Shown one piece after another: positions 9,280 through 18,107 of a stretch of 64,000 nt of DNA. The notes under the pieces were generated by a model, which saw only the letters and a list, made by a program, of their open reading frames with translations, ran no database searches and had not been told where the DNA came from. Positions within the stretch are counted from its first letter, which is position 1. Every line of letters begins with the position of its first letter. Both the position numbers and the translations under genes were made by a program. The stretch covers positions 3,456,001-3,520,000 of the forward strand of contig OZ241917.1 in the NCBI GenBank assembly GCA_965203805.1. The letters run 5' to 3'. The DNA is from Candidatus Latescibacterota bacterium (GTDB lineage Bacteria; Latescibacterota; UBA2968; GCA-2709665).

Positions 9280-9420
9280 GGTGAGACGGTAGAGGGTAGA
9301 CGGTAGATGAAGACATTCACAGCAGTGTTTCTTCATAAACCGTGCCTGCTAATTTACCGTTATCGTAACGACTGGAAAGACCATAGTGCACTCACGGTAT
9401 CTCCCGTCTCACGTCTTGCG
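9280..9420 (+). repeat. Repeat family R4
   Basis: AAACCGTGCCTGCTAATTTACCGTTATCGTAACGACTGGAAA is identical in the copy at 43523-43670. Confidence 0.85.
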
Positions 9421-9435
9421 TCTCCCCGCTTTTGC

Positions 9436-9650
9436 GAGACCTACCCCCTATCGCGTGGCGTTCGTTACCCTTTCCTTATAGGAAAGGGTCCCTGCCTGGC
9501 GGTGGTTTTTCGGCAGGCAGGGGGGATAGGTCTGCGCATCAGGGAGGAGGTCTCGCCCGGCCATATCGTCGTCCCGTGGCCGCGAGTGATCATCTCCCGT
9601 CTCACGTCTACCCTCTCCCCGCTTCTGAGGGGTTGGGGGTGAGGGCGCTT
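9436..9650 (+). repeat. Repeat family R1
   Basis: Long near-identity with 14677-14820; mini-element at 9491-9521. Confidence 0.85.
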
Positions 9651-9686
9651 TAGCTTCCAGCCGACCGCTGGTTTTGATCCCCGCTT

Positions 9687-10850
9687 TCAATACATATGTA
9701 TAGACCCGTCAGGCCCTTCGTAGCGACGGGGAGGCAGCGGCCGATATGGACGGGACTTCACCAGATCCATATCCAGTTCGACGCCCAGCCCCGGGCGCCG
9801 CTCCAGTTCGTCTGCGTCCACGTACCCGCCCGAAATCGGCACCCGCAGCGTCTGCACGTCGTCAAACCACGGGCGCAGCCTGCAGTGCTCGAGGATTTCG
9901 AAATTCTGCATCGCGGCAGCCGCGTGGGCGGCGGCGGCAAGCGCCACCGGCCCATACGGATTGTGCGGCGCGATTCCGATCCCGTACACCTCCGCGAAAT
10001 GCGCCACCTTCATCAGTTCGCTGACGCCGCCCACGTGGCAGATATCCACCTGGCAAACGTCCACCGCCTGCCTCTCGAACCACTCCCGGCAGTCCCACCG
10101 GGTGATCCAACGCTCGCCCGCGGCAATCCGCATCCCCGGGAAGTCCCGTTTCAATCTTACGTACGGCTCAACCGTGCTCTGCTCGACCGGCTCTTCCACG
10201 AAGAACATGTCCTGCGCCTGTAATTCCCGCATGAGGCGATGGGCCGCCGCGGGCGAGAACACCCCGCCGCAGTCGATCATCAGCGCCGCGTCCGGTCCCA
10301 GCGCCTCCCGCAGCCGGGTCATCTCCTTGACCGCCACGTCCACCTGCGCGTCCATATCGAACGGCGCGACCGCCGGCCCGTGTCCGTGCTTGAACGCATC
10401 GAAGCCCTCCTCCAGGGCCTGCGCCGCGTGCGCCTCCAGCGAATCCAGACCCAGGTCCGCCCGCGCATAGCATCGCACCCTGTTTCGAACCCGGCCGCCC
10501 AGCAGCCTGAACACGGGCTGTCCGGTCGCCTTGCCCGCGATATCCCAGAGCGCCATGTCGATGCCGCTGACCGCGCTGGTATGAACCACGCCCCGCTTCC
10601 ACCAGTAGTCCCGGTATCCCAGTTGCCAGACCTGCTCCACGTCCATTGGATTCATCCCCAGCAGCCTGGTTTTCAGCGCCGTTTCCACCTGCGTAGCGAC
10701 GGCCATTTCGTGGTGTTCCGTGGTGGCCTCGCCGACCCCCGTGATGCCCGCGTCCGTCTCCACCTCCACGAAGATCCAGTTGCGCCTGGGTGTATGGCCG
10801 TCCGCCGCCGGGATGTTCATGACGTGCGCCCTGATGTCCGTGATCTTCAT
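9687..10850 (-). CDS. Mandelate racemase/enolase superfamily, galactonate dehydratase-like
   Basis: RNWIFVEVETDAGITGVGE, SGIDMALWDIAGK, FVEEP, AAGER, APHNPYGP. Confidence 0.88.
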   Translation of the reverse strand: MKITDIRAHVMNIPAADGHTPRRNWIFVEVETDAGITGVGEATTEHHEMAVATQVETALKTRLLGMNPMDVEQVWQLGYRDYWWKRGVVHTSAVSGIDMALWDIAGKATGQPVFRLLGGRVRNRVRCYARADLGLDSLEAHAAQALEEGFDAFKHGHGPAVAPFDMDAQVDVAVKEMTRLREALGPDAALMIDCGGVFSPAAAHRLMRELQAQDMFFVEEPVEQSTVEPYVRLKRDFPGMRIAAGERWITRWDCREWFERQAVDVCQVDICHVGGVSELMKVAHFAEVYGIGIAPHNPYGPVALAAAAHAAAAMQNFEILEHCRLRPWFDDVQTLRVPISGGYVDADELERRPGLGVELDMDLVKSRPYRPLPPRRYEGPDGSIHMY

Positions 10851-10853
10851 CCT

Positions 10854-12083
10854 TCAGTCCTCTTTTTCCATGAACGCCCCCTCACGTTGGACGCGTTCGT
10901 AGACCCGGGCGAACGCCTCGGACCCGTCGTCCTCCCACACCTCCGAATTCACGCCGCGGATGGCCCCCTCCTCGAATCCGGTCAGCCTCCGCACGTCCGG
11001 AATGCTCGGCGCGTACATCCGGTTCCCGCCCGGAAGGTAGAGCACGCCCACGTGTTTCGGCATCTCCGTGGGCCCCACCGCCGCCAGGCGCGCGAGCTTC
11101 TCTTCGTCCACGTCGAATCCCAGTCCGGGTCCCTCCGGAACCGGCGAACATCCGCCCGAAATCTGGATCCGCTTTGTTGTGATATCCTCCTCGTACTGAT
11201 CGTCCAGATTGATGGAATGCCCCGCGGTGGGCAGCACGGCCCCCAGGTGCATCGCCAGCGCCTTCGTGAGGGTGCCCCCTGTCAGCTGTACCACCGCCTG
11301 CACGTTCGCCTTTCCGTACGCGAAACCGCGGAACAGCGCGTCTCCGAACCCGCCGCAATACTCGCCGATTATATAGGCGTCCGCCATGCCGAGGATCATC
11401 TCGTGTAGCCCTCCCAGCGGAGGCAGGTGCATCACCAGGGGCACGTTGCACTGCGCCCGCAGCCGCCGCCAGCCGTCCACGTCGGTCAACAGCAGCGGGT
11501 CCTCAATAAACCCCGTGATCCGCGACCGCTCAAGGGCCTTCACGATGGGCAGCACCGTGGCCATCGCCCGGTTGTGGTTCATATCCCACTGCATCAGGAA
11601 TCCCTCGGGCGCCACGTCCTCCACCGCACGTTGCTGTTCGAGCACGTCGTAATGCTGGCAGGTATGCATCTTGAACAACATATAGCCCTGTTCCACCGCG
11701 CGCACGATCTCCTTGCTCAGGTCCTCGGGCGACGCCGGCCGTGTCCAGGCCATCACCGGCACCCGGTCCCTGACCTTCTGTCCCATCAGCTTGTAGGCGG
11801 GCAGGCCCAGGTGCTTGCCCATCACGTCGTACAGCGCGCCTCCCAGGGCCAGGTGCAACGTCTCATGGTTGAGAAAGTCGAACGGATTGCGGTCGATCAG
11901 TGGCGCCACGCTCTCCTTCGGCGGCGCGGCCGACCGGTAGTCGCCGTAGCCCACGATCCCGTTGTCCGTGACAACCTTGAAAATGGTCCGCTGGTCGATG
12001 GCGCGAAAACGCACCGTGTGATCCGCGTTCCGGGCCGCGAGTCCCGGATTGATCGGAATGATGTCGATATCGACGATTTTCAT
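10854..12083 (-). CDS. Mandelate racemase/muconate lactonizing enzyme family protein
   Basis: VVTDNGIVGYGD, ALYDVMGKHLGLPAYKLMG, FIEDP, VPEGPGLGFDVDEE. Confidence 0.85.
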   Translation of the reverse strand: MKIVDIDIIPINPGLAARNADHTVRFRAIDQRTIFKVVTDNGIVGYGDYRSAAPPKESVAPLIDRNPFDFLNHETLHLALGGALYDVMGKHLGLPAYKLMGQKVRDRVPVMAWTRPASPEDLSKEIVRAVEQGYMLFKMHTCQHYDVLEQQRAVEDVAPEGFLMQWDMNHNRAMATVLPIVKALERSRITGFIEDPLLLTDVDGWRRLRAQCNVPLVMHLPPLGGLHEMILGMADAYIIGEYCGGFGDALFRGFAYGKANVQAVVQLTGGTLTKALAMHLGAVLPTAGHSINLDDQYEEDITTKRIQISGGCSPVPEGPGLGFDVDEEKLARLAAVGPTEMPKHVGVLYLPGGNRMYAPSIPDVRRLTGFEEGAIRGVNSEVWEDDGSEAFARVYERVQREGAFMEKED

Positions 12084-12097
12084 CTCAGTGCTCCTTA

Positions 12098-13355
12098 TCA
12101 GGATCAGGATTCACAGGATTATAGGATTTGCAGGATTAAGAACCAAGAGCAGGATCAGGACCGAGTGGTTCCGTCACGCCTGCTCCCGACTGTCATCCTG
12201 AGGCGGCGCGAGGGAAACCGGGCCTCCGCGCATAAGGGTCGGCGAAGGCTTTCGCTGTACGTCAAGCCCAGAAGACGGGAGATTCTTCGCTACGCTCAGA
12301 ATGACATGTTTAGCGATAACCTTTGACGAAGTGTATCAATCACACCGTCGCCGAACTGTGAGGAACCCGCTGTGAGGTTGGGGCAGACATTCCTGTCTGC
12401 CTGCCTTGCTGTCATCCTGAGGTAGCGCGTGGGAAACCAGGCCTCCGCGCATACGGGGTGGCGAAGGCTTGCGCTGTACGTCAAGCCCAGAAGACGGGAG
12501 ATTCTTCGCTACGCTCAGAATGGCATGTTTTGTAATGGTCATAAGCGAAGTGTTTCGATGATGCCTTCTTCCGACCGTCACGCTAAAGAACCCGCTGCGA
12601 GGGTGGGGCGGACATTCCTGTCTGCCTGCCTCGCTGTCATCCGGAGGTAGCGCGAGGGAAAACAGGCCTCCGCGCATACGGGGTGGCGAAGGCTTTCGCT
12701 GTACGTCAAGCCCAGAAGACGGGAGATTCTTCGCTACGCTCAGAATGACATGTTTAGCGATAACCTTTGACGAAGTGTATCAATCACACCGTTGCCGAAC
12801 TGTGAGGAACCCGCTGTGAGGGTGGGGCGGACATTCCTGTCTGCCTGCCTTGCGTGAATTGGGCTTCCTGAATACGGGCATTTCGACAAGCTCAATGACC
12901 ACGTATGGAAATGTTCAATAAACGTCATTGAACCGCGAATTGGTTCCGTCACACCTTCTCCCGATTGTCATCCTGAGGCAGCGCGAGGGAGACCAGGCCT
13001 CCGCGCATACGGGTCGGTGAAGGCTTCCGCCGCACGTCGAGCCCAGAAGACGGGAGATTCTTCGCTCCGCTCAGAATGACATGGTTTGTAATAGCCATTA
13101 GCGAAGTGTTTCGATGATGCCTTCTTCCGACCGTCACGTTAAAGAACCCGCTGTGAGGGTGGGGCGGACATTCCTGTCTGCCTGCCTCGCGTGAATTGGG
13201 CTGCCTGAATACGGGCATTTCGACAAGCTCAATGACCACGTTTTGATAGGGACTTTTTGACGTCACTCAGAATGACATGTTTAGCGATAACCTTTGACGA
13301 AGTGTATCAGTCACACCGTTGCCGAACTGTTCATCCTGTTCATCCTGTCCATCCA
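12098..13355. repeat. BIME-like mosaic tandem array of palindromic modules
   Basis: Four ~114-bp A modules GTCATCCTGAGG...CTCAGAATGAC (12192-12305, 12411-12524, 12636-12749, 12967-13080) with alternating linkers and REP-like hairpins. CAGGAT repeats on the left and ATCCTG repeats on the right. Confidence 0.92.
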
Positions 13356-13376
13356 TGTCAGTTAATGTTGTTGTAT

Positions 13377-14288
13377 TCAGATCAGCCCTTTCGACCGGAA
13401 GAATTCTCTAAGCCCTTCCATCTCTTCGTCGCTCAGCGAATAGTACGGCTTCCGGCGCCAGCGCCCGGCCACGCCGAAGATCTCCATCGCTCCGTGGAAA
13501 CCGGCGTTCCACCCGCCGGTCAGCGTGCCGATGTAGTCGAAAAACGGCATGTCGTAGTCCCGGATCATCCGGCGCGCCGTCTCCAGGTCGTTTTTCTCGA
13601 TCGCGCTCCAGTACCGTCGCGCGACCTCGGGCTTGAACGTGATGTACGACGACATATACCCGTCGCATCCGTACGGCCACATATTGATGTGGTTCACCTT
13701 CTGTCCTCCGGCAAACACGGCCACCCGCTCGTGGGCGGCAAGGCACAGCCGGCGTGCGAAGTCCCCGCACATGTCGTCTTTGATGGCCACCACGTTTTCG
13801 AAACGGTCCAGCGTGTTGTCGATCACCTCCAGCCCGAACGCCGGCCCCTGGGCGGAGAACGCCCCCGTGACGATCATCACGGGCATCGTGCGCGACACCT
13901 CGCCGTAGTGTTCCACCAGCGTCCCGGCAGTACTCGAAGCCCCCCATGCCGGAGGAAGCACCATCAGCACGTCGGCTCCCAGTTCTTTTGCGAACGATGC
14001 GAACGCAACCGAACGCCGCGTATCGTAATACCGGTCCGCCGCCACCACCATTCCGCGGCCGGCGGTATGCTCGCACGCAACCTTCGTCACCTCGGCGATT
14101 TCCGCTTCGGACATACAGATATAGTGGCTGTCCCCGGCCGTCAGCAGCACGGTGCGGCTGCCTCCCGCCAGCACGAAATCGATCTGGTGGCGCAACCCGT
14201 CGTAGTCCACGCTGCCGTCTTCGCTGAACGGCGTCGCGATCGATGAAATGATGCCCGTCAGGTGCGCTCGAACCTCGTCACGATCCAT
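13377..14288 (-). CDS. Dihydrodipicolinate synthase/N-acetylneuraminate lyase family protein
   Basis: Start MDRDEV; TPFSEDGSVDYDGL, ELGADVLMVLPP, Schiff-base region NVVAIKDD. Confidence 0.88.
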   Translation of the reverse strand: MDRDEVRAHLTGIISSIATPFSEDGSVDYDGLRHQIDFVLAGGSRTVLLTAGDSHYICMSEAEIAEVTKVACEHTAGRGMVVAADRYYDTRRSVAFASFAKELGADVLMVLPPAWGASSTAGTLVEHYGEVSRTMPVMIVTGAFSAQGPAFGLEVIDNTLDRFENVVAIKDDMCGDFARRLCLAAHERVAVFAGGQKVNHINMWPYGCDGYMSSYITFKPEVARRYWSAIEKNDLETARRMIRDYDMPFFDYIGTLTGGWNAGFHGAMEIFGVAGRWRRKPYYSLSDEEMEGLREFFRSKGLI

Positions 14289-14377
14289 AGAAGACCCCAG
14301 GGTAAGAGGGGAGAGGGAAGACGGTAGATGAAGGCTGAATGAAGAATTAAGAATGAAAACGGGATGGTCCTCGTGGG

Positions 14378-14585
14378 GATTATCCATAGCATCCCCAAAG
14401 GGCGCCTGGCGGCGGACAGACACCCGTTGGAACGGCGTTCCGGTAGGACAGTAACTTAACCTCTCCCATCAGTTTTTATTTTTTCCGTGAACCGCTTCAG
14501 TGGAGACAACGGGAGACGTTGCCCTGAAACCGTTGCAGGCGTTCCCGGACGGACTTGCACGGAAAAGCCCCACCCCACCACCGGA
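14378..14585. repeat. Repeat family R3 (partial)
   Basis: TTTTCCGTGAACCGCTTCAGTGG...GGACGGACTTGCACGGAAAAGCCCCAC matches 8720-8840 and 29590-29700. Confidence 0.7.
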
Positions 14586-14676
14586 CGCGTGATAGGTATG
14601 TCGTGAAGGACAATGGTGAGGATTCGCGGTGTTGGCGCGTCGAGGTCTGTAGAGGCGTCTCCTGGTTGTCTCCCCC

Positions 14677-14870
14677 CTTTCCTTATAGGAAAGGGTCCCT
14701 GCCTGGCGGTGGTTTTTCGGCAGGCAGGGGGGAGAGGTCTGCGCATCAGGGAGGAGGTCTCGCCCGGCCATATCGTCGTCCCGTGGCCGCGAGTGATCAT
14801 CTCACGTCTCACGTCTTACGTCTACCCCGGGGTTGAGGGGCGCGGGGTGATCCTCTCCCGTCTCACCGCT
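14677..14870 (+). repeat. Repeat family R1
   Basis: Near-identical to 9470-9610; mini-element at 14698-14728. Confidence 0.85.
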
Positions 14871-14891
14871 CTCAGGTTTTTCCTGTACCGT

Positions 14892-15302
14892 CTACAATGG
14901 CCTGACGTCAAACCCCATCTGCCGGAAATGGTGGTCCAACGTCAACACACGACTTATTCGCAATTCCCTCATGAGAACAAAGCTGCAGCAATCCGTAAAA
15001 GAGAATTCCTTGTCACGATATCCAAAGAAGAGTGTCCGCGCCTGCTCTCTTCGCGCTTCGTCGATAGACTCGATCCTCAGGCGGGATGAACCTTCGATTT
15101 GCACCCACCAGGCTTCGGCGGCATCGAGACCGAGTCGGGACCGGATGGTTGTCAGCGTTTCGTCGATGACGTAGTCGGAGGTCGTCAGCAACCCTCCCGA
15201 CGACAGCCAGTGGTCACGGGATTCCCTGACTGCCGACCCCTTCGCGTCGCGGCTGTCGGCGGCCGCAACCCATCCTGCAGTATCCACGAACATTTCTTTC
15301 AC
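14892..15302 (-). CDS. vapC: VapC PIN-domain toxin
   Basis: FVDTAGW, TTSDYVIDETLT, SFTDCCSF, LTLDHHFRQMGF. Its start overlaps the antitoxin stop. Confidence 0.9.
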   Translation of the reverse strand: MKEMFVDTAGWVAAADSRDAKGSAVRESRDHWLSSGGLLTTSDYVIDETLTTIRSRLGLDAAEAWWVQIEGSSRLRIESIDEARREQARTLFFGYRDKEFSFTDCCSFVLMRELRISRVLTLDHHFRQMGFDVRPL

Positions 15303-15547
15303 TGGTACAACACCTCGTCATGCCGCTCGGCAACGTCGCCCGATTCCGACGCACCGACAGGGGGCGCCTGGTAAAGAGGATCCGCCTGCAGCGGTGTGCT
15401 TCCCCGTGGCGGACTGCCGACGGGGACGATGTCGAAAGCAGGCCGACTGCGATAGAGAACGGTAAACCGCTCGCCGTGACGGACCTTTTCAACGACCTCC
15501 CGGAGTCTCGCGCGGAGCTGTTTGGCATTGATTATCTCGGGCATCAC
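15299..15547 (-). CDS. Phd/YefM family antitoxin
   Basis: INAKQLRARLREVVEKVRHGERFTVLYRSRP is a Phd N-terminal motif; the gene lies directly upstream of vapC. Confidence 0.88.
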   Translation of the reverse strand: MMPEIINAKQLRARLREVVEKVRHGERFTVLYRSRPAFDIVPVGSPPRGSTPLQADPLYQAPPVGASESGDVAERHDEVLYQ

Positions 15548-15559
15548 GGATCCTTTCTA

Positions 15560-15599
15560 AAGTTAAACTTAAGATAAACTGTTTCGATAAGAAAAGCAA
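15560..15599 (-). promoter_or_regulatory. Sigma70-like promoter of the vapBC operon with an overlapping operator
   Basis: Minus strand reads TTGCTT-17bp-TATCTT. Inverted repeat AAGTT-A-AACTT at 15560-15570 and a direct repeat AAGATAAACT overlap the -10/+1 region. Confidence 0.6.
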
Positions 15600-15624
15600 G
15601 ACGGTAGCGCGCAGACTACGACGA

Positions 15625-15730
15625 TCAGTCGTCAGCAAAGATCAAAAACGACAATCAGCTCACACAAAGACACGAAGACACAAAGGGAAACCATCGAAAG
15701 GCGGGCAACCACAAGGGCTGGCCGTACAAA
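15625..15730. repeat. Composite repeat R5 (ACACGAAGACACAAAG plus GGGCAACCACAAGGG REP-like)
   Basis: Homologous to 53205-53360; partial reverse copy at 29770-29812. Confidence 0.7.
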
Positions 15731-15891
15731 TGCGACGACGGCGCGGACGACTCAACGGATATCTATAGTTCCGATGGGAGGTATTGTCGCGGGGGCGGCT
15801 CGCAGGCGCGTCAGGCACCGGGGTATGCAGCAGGAGTACCGGAAGCAGCCAAGCGCTCGTCTTCGAACGGGAACGGTTCGGACAGATGGGA

Positions 15892-16116
15892 TTAGCCGAT
15901 CAACGACTTTACAAGCGGAATGGCGACACAGGCCAGGACAACGCCAAGCATCCACTTCAAAAGCCTGATATCGCCCTCGATGTTCTGGAGGCGGGACTCA
16001 ATTCCCGTCCGGTGGTGTTCGAAGTCGGCGATTTCTTCACCGGCTTCGCGGGCATGTGCGTCAGGGGTGCCAGCGGCAACAAAGGCTGCGTAGGTCTTGG
16101 AGAGCATAATCGGCAT
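15892..16116 (-). CDS. Small coiled-coil protein with C-terminal TM helix (DUF1640/CCDC90-like)
   Basis: YAAFVAAGTPDAHAREAGEEIA...IEGDIRLLKWMLGVVLA pattern. Confidence 0.7.
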   Translation of the reverse strand: MPIMLSKTYAAFVAAGTPDAHAREAGEEIADFEHHRTGIESRLQNIEGDIRLLKWMLGVVLACVAIPLVKSLIG

Positions 16117-16321
16117 TGTGCAGCTCTTAGGTGAACGGTTGAAGATGGTTTAAGTTAACTTACGTTCACGTATGCCTGATTTACCTTTGAGGATGCTTGT
16201 AGCTCGCACTCAAATATGATCGCGGAAACGGCAGACAATGGCAAGTCAAAAATTGTCGGTAAGACGGTCTTGATGAATCGCGGCTGTCTGCTGCCGCGAT
16301 GCCGATTCGCGTTATCCGCCT

Positions 16322-16909
16322 TTAATGGTGCCTCTTTTCCTTCCCGTCGTCATCGTCCGCTCCGTCGGCATGCTCTTTCTTTCCCTCACCGTCCACGTCC
16401 TTTTTCCCATTGTGTTCTTTCGTTCCCTCGCCGTGTTCGTGCCCTTTCCCGCTCGGTCCTCCGATGCGCAGAATATGCCCGTCTTTGTCGGCGACAAGCA
16501 TCTCCCGCGCCCCCCAGGGCCGGTCGACGGGCTTTTGCCTGATTTCCGCCCCCGCCCGTGCGTATTTCTCGTGCAGTTCGTCCACATCGTTGACGCTGTA
16601 ATAGATCCACACCGGCCGGGCGCCCTGCCCGTTTTCGCTCAGAAAGACGTTGACTTCGCCGTTGGAAATCGAGGCAAAGGTCTTGTCTTCTTTTTCGTCA
16701 GGCCAGTCCCAGTCCTTTCTGAATCCGAGAACCGCGGTATAGTGCGCGATGCTTGCTTCAACGCTTTGAACGTTCAGAATCGGCGTGACCGCGGTGAATG
16801 CCGTGGATTCGGGACCGGAACCCCTGTCGCGATTCTCGTGCGCAGATGCGACGAGACTCAAGCCGATGGCGAATCCTGCAACGACTGCTGCGATTCCGGG
16901 ACGCGTCAT
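16322..16909 (-). CDS. Secreted VOC/glyoxalase/bleomycin-resistance family protein
   Basis: AGGAGG RBS, signal peptide ending ASA, VTPILNV...HYTAVLGF, DRPWGAREMLVADKDGHILRIG, and a charged His-rich tail. Confidence 0.85.
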   Translation of the reverse strand: MTRPGIAAVVAGFAIGLSLVASAHENRDRGSGPESTAFTAVTPILNVQSVEASIAHYTAVLGFRKDWDWPDEKEDKTFASISNGEVNVFLSENGQGARPVWIYYSVNDVDELHEKYARAGAEIRQKPVDRPWGAREMLVADKDGHILRIGGPSGKGHEHGEGTKEHNGKKDVDGEGKKEHADGADDDDGKEKRHH

Positions 16910-17299
16910 GGTATTCCTCCTGGGGTGAGCTGATTCAAGTTGCGTTGCAAGATGCGTCTGTGGCGCAATCTGCGACGCATCCGCTGAGTCCTGTGCGAGG
17001 ATGTCCCTTAACTTATTTGTTAACAGATAGTTGAAGTCGGCCCGGGCGTCAGGACGGTTTCGGTGGGATACCTGGTGGGTTGCAATCTGCGACGTCTGCC
17101 CCTGTGCCAGCTTACCCTATCATAATTTAATCTATTGTTTTTTAACAGGTTGTATATAGACGCCGACATCGGCACGGATTTTGTATTTATTCGAGGACAC
17201 GCTTCCGCAGGGGAACCGTGCGGGTCAACCCTCATGGAAACCCGTGCGTACATTGCACACTTCCAATTGGCAGACGACGTCGTCCATGGGAGGGAAACC

Positions 17300-18004
17300 A
17301 TGCCGTCTTCCGAAAACGGACTCGCACGCCAGATCGCGAGGTTGTTCAAGGAGTTGGTGGAACGGGAACTGATAAGCGTCGAACGGACTATTGAGGGGCG
17401 AAAACGGAATCTGCGCCGAAAGATCGAAGCGCGGGAATCGGAATTGAAAGACGACGGTGGACTGGAGACCCGGTTCGATCAATACAAAGCCGGCCTGTCG
17501 GAAACGGAGCGGCCGGAGAGTCGGGTGCAGGAACGTCGCCTCTATTACAACTGGGAAGGCCGGCTCAGGTCGGAACTGGGCAGGTGGAGAATAGAGCTGG
17601 CGGAACTGAAAAGCCGTTCCAGCGATTCGCAGGCGACTCTGACGAACGCGCGGAGAAAGGTCATGCGCCTGCTGCTGCGTGAGACGCTGGCGGTAGCCGG
17701 TCCGGAAGACAATCATGAACCGGAATCGGGTGCGGACGTGTATGACAGCCTCAAGGACTGTCTCATCCCGGTTATCCGGCACATGAAGAAAGGCAAAAGC
17801 CATTCCGAGGCTTTCCGGATGGTTGCCGAAGAACTGGGGATCCAGGAAACGACGGTTGCCGCTCGATGTACCGGCTACCTGGACCTGACAACGGAACAAT
17901 TCGTTGAACACGTTGCCAACGGCGGGATCGTTCAGGTCGCAAAGAAGAAACACCCGGATCAGACAGAACTGATCTGCCGCGAACTGGCGCCGCTATACCG
18001 GTAA
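17300..18004 (+). CDS. Hypothetical coiled-coil protein with possible C-terminal HTH
   Basis: GGGAGG RBS before ATG at 17300; charged helical N-terminus; C-terminal SHSEAFRMVAEELGIQETTVAARC. Confidence 0.65.
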   Translation: MPSSENGLARQIARLFKELVERELISVERTIEGRKRNLRRKIEARESELKDDGGLETRFDQYKAGLSETERPESRVQERRLYYNWEGRLRSELGRWRIELAELKSRSSDSQATLTNARRKVMRLLLRETLAVAGPEDNHEPESGADVYDSLKDCLIPVIRHMKKGKSHSEAFRMVAEELGIQETTVAARCTGYLDLTTEQFVEHVANGGIVQVAKKKHPDQTELICRELAPLYR

Positions 18005-18107
18005 TGCTCACATCCCCCTGCAGGATCCAATTTGCGAGCGGATCCCCGCGAGTCCGCGCGCATTCTCCACTTTCCGTCGGAAAACCGGGCGCCGGGAGGC
18101 GTGGGGG

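Noticed and set aside
8440-9290. SapB/RamS-like precursor gene upstream of the RamAB-like pair
   Set aside because: The minus-strand ORFs I checked are tiny or repeat-derived and lack SxxSxxxC motifs.
12192-13330. CRISPR array
   Set aside because: The units are ~114 bp, the linkers are themselves repeated (B1/B2) rather than unique, and no cas genes are present.
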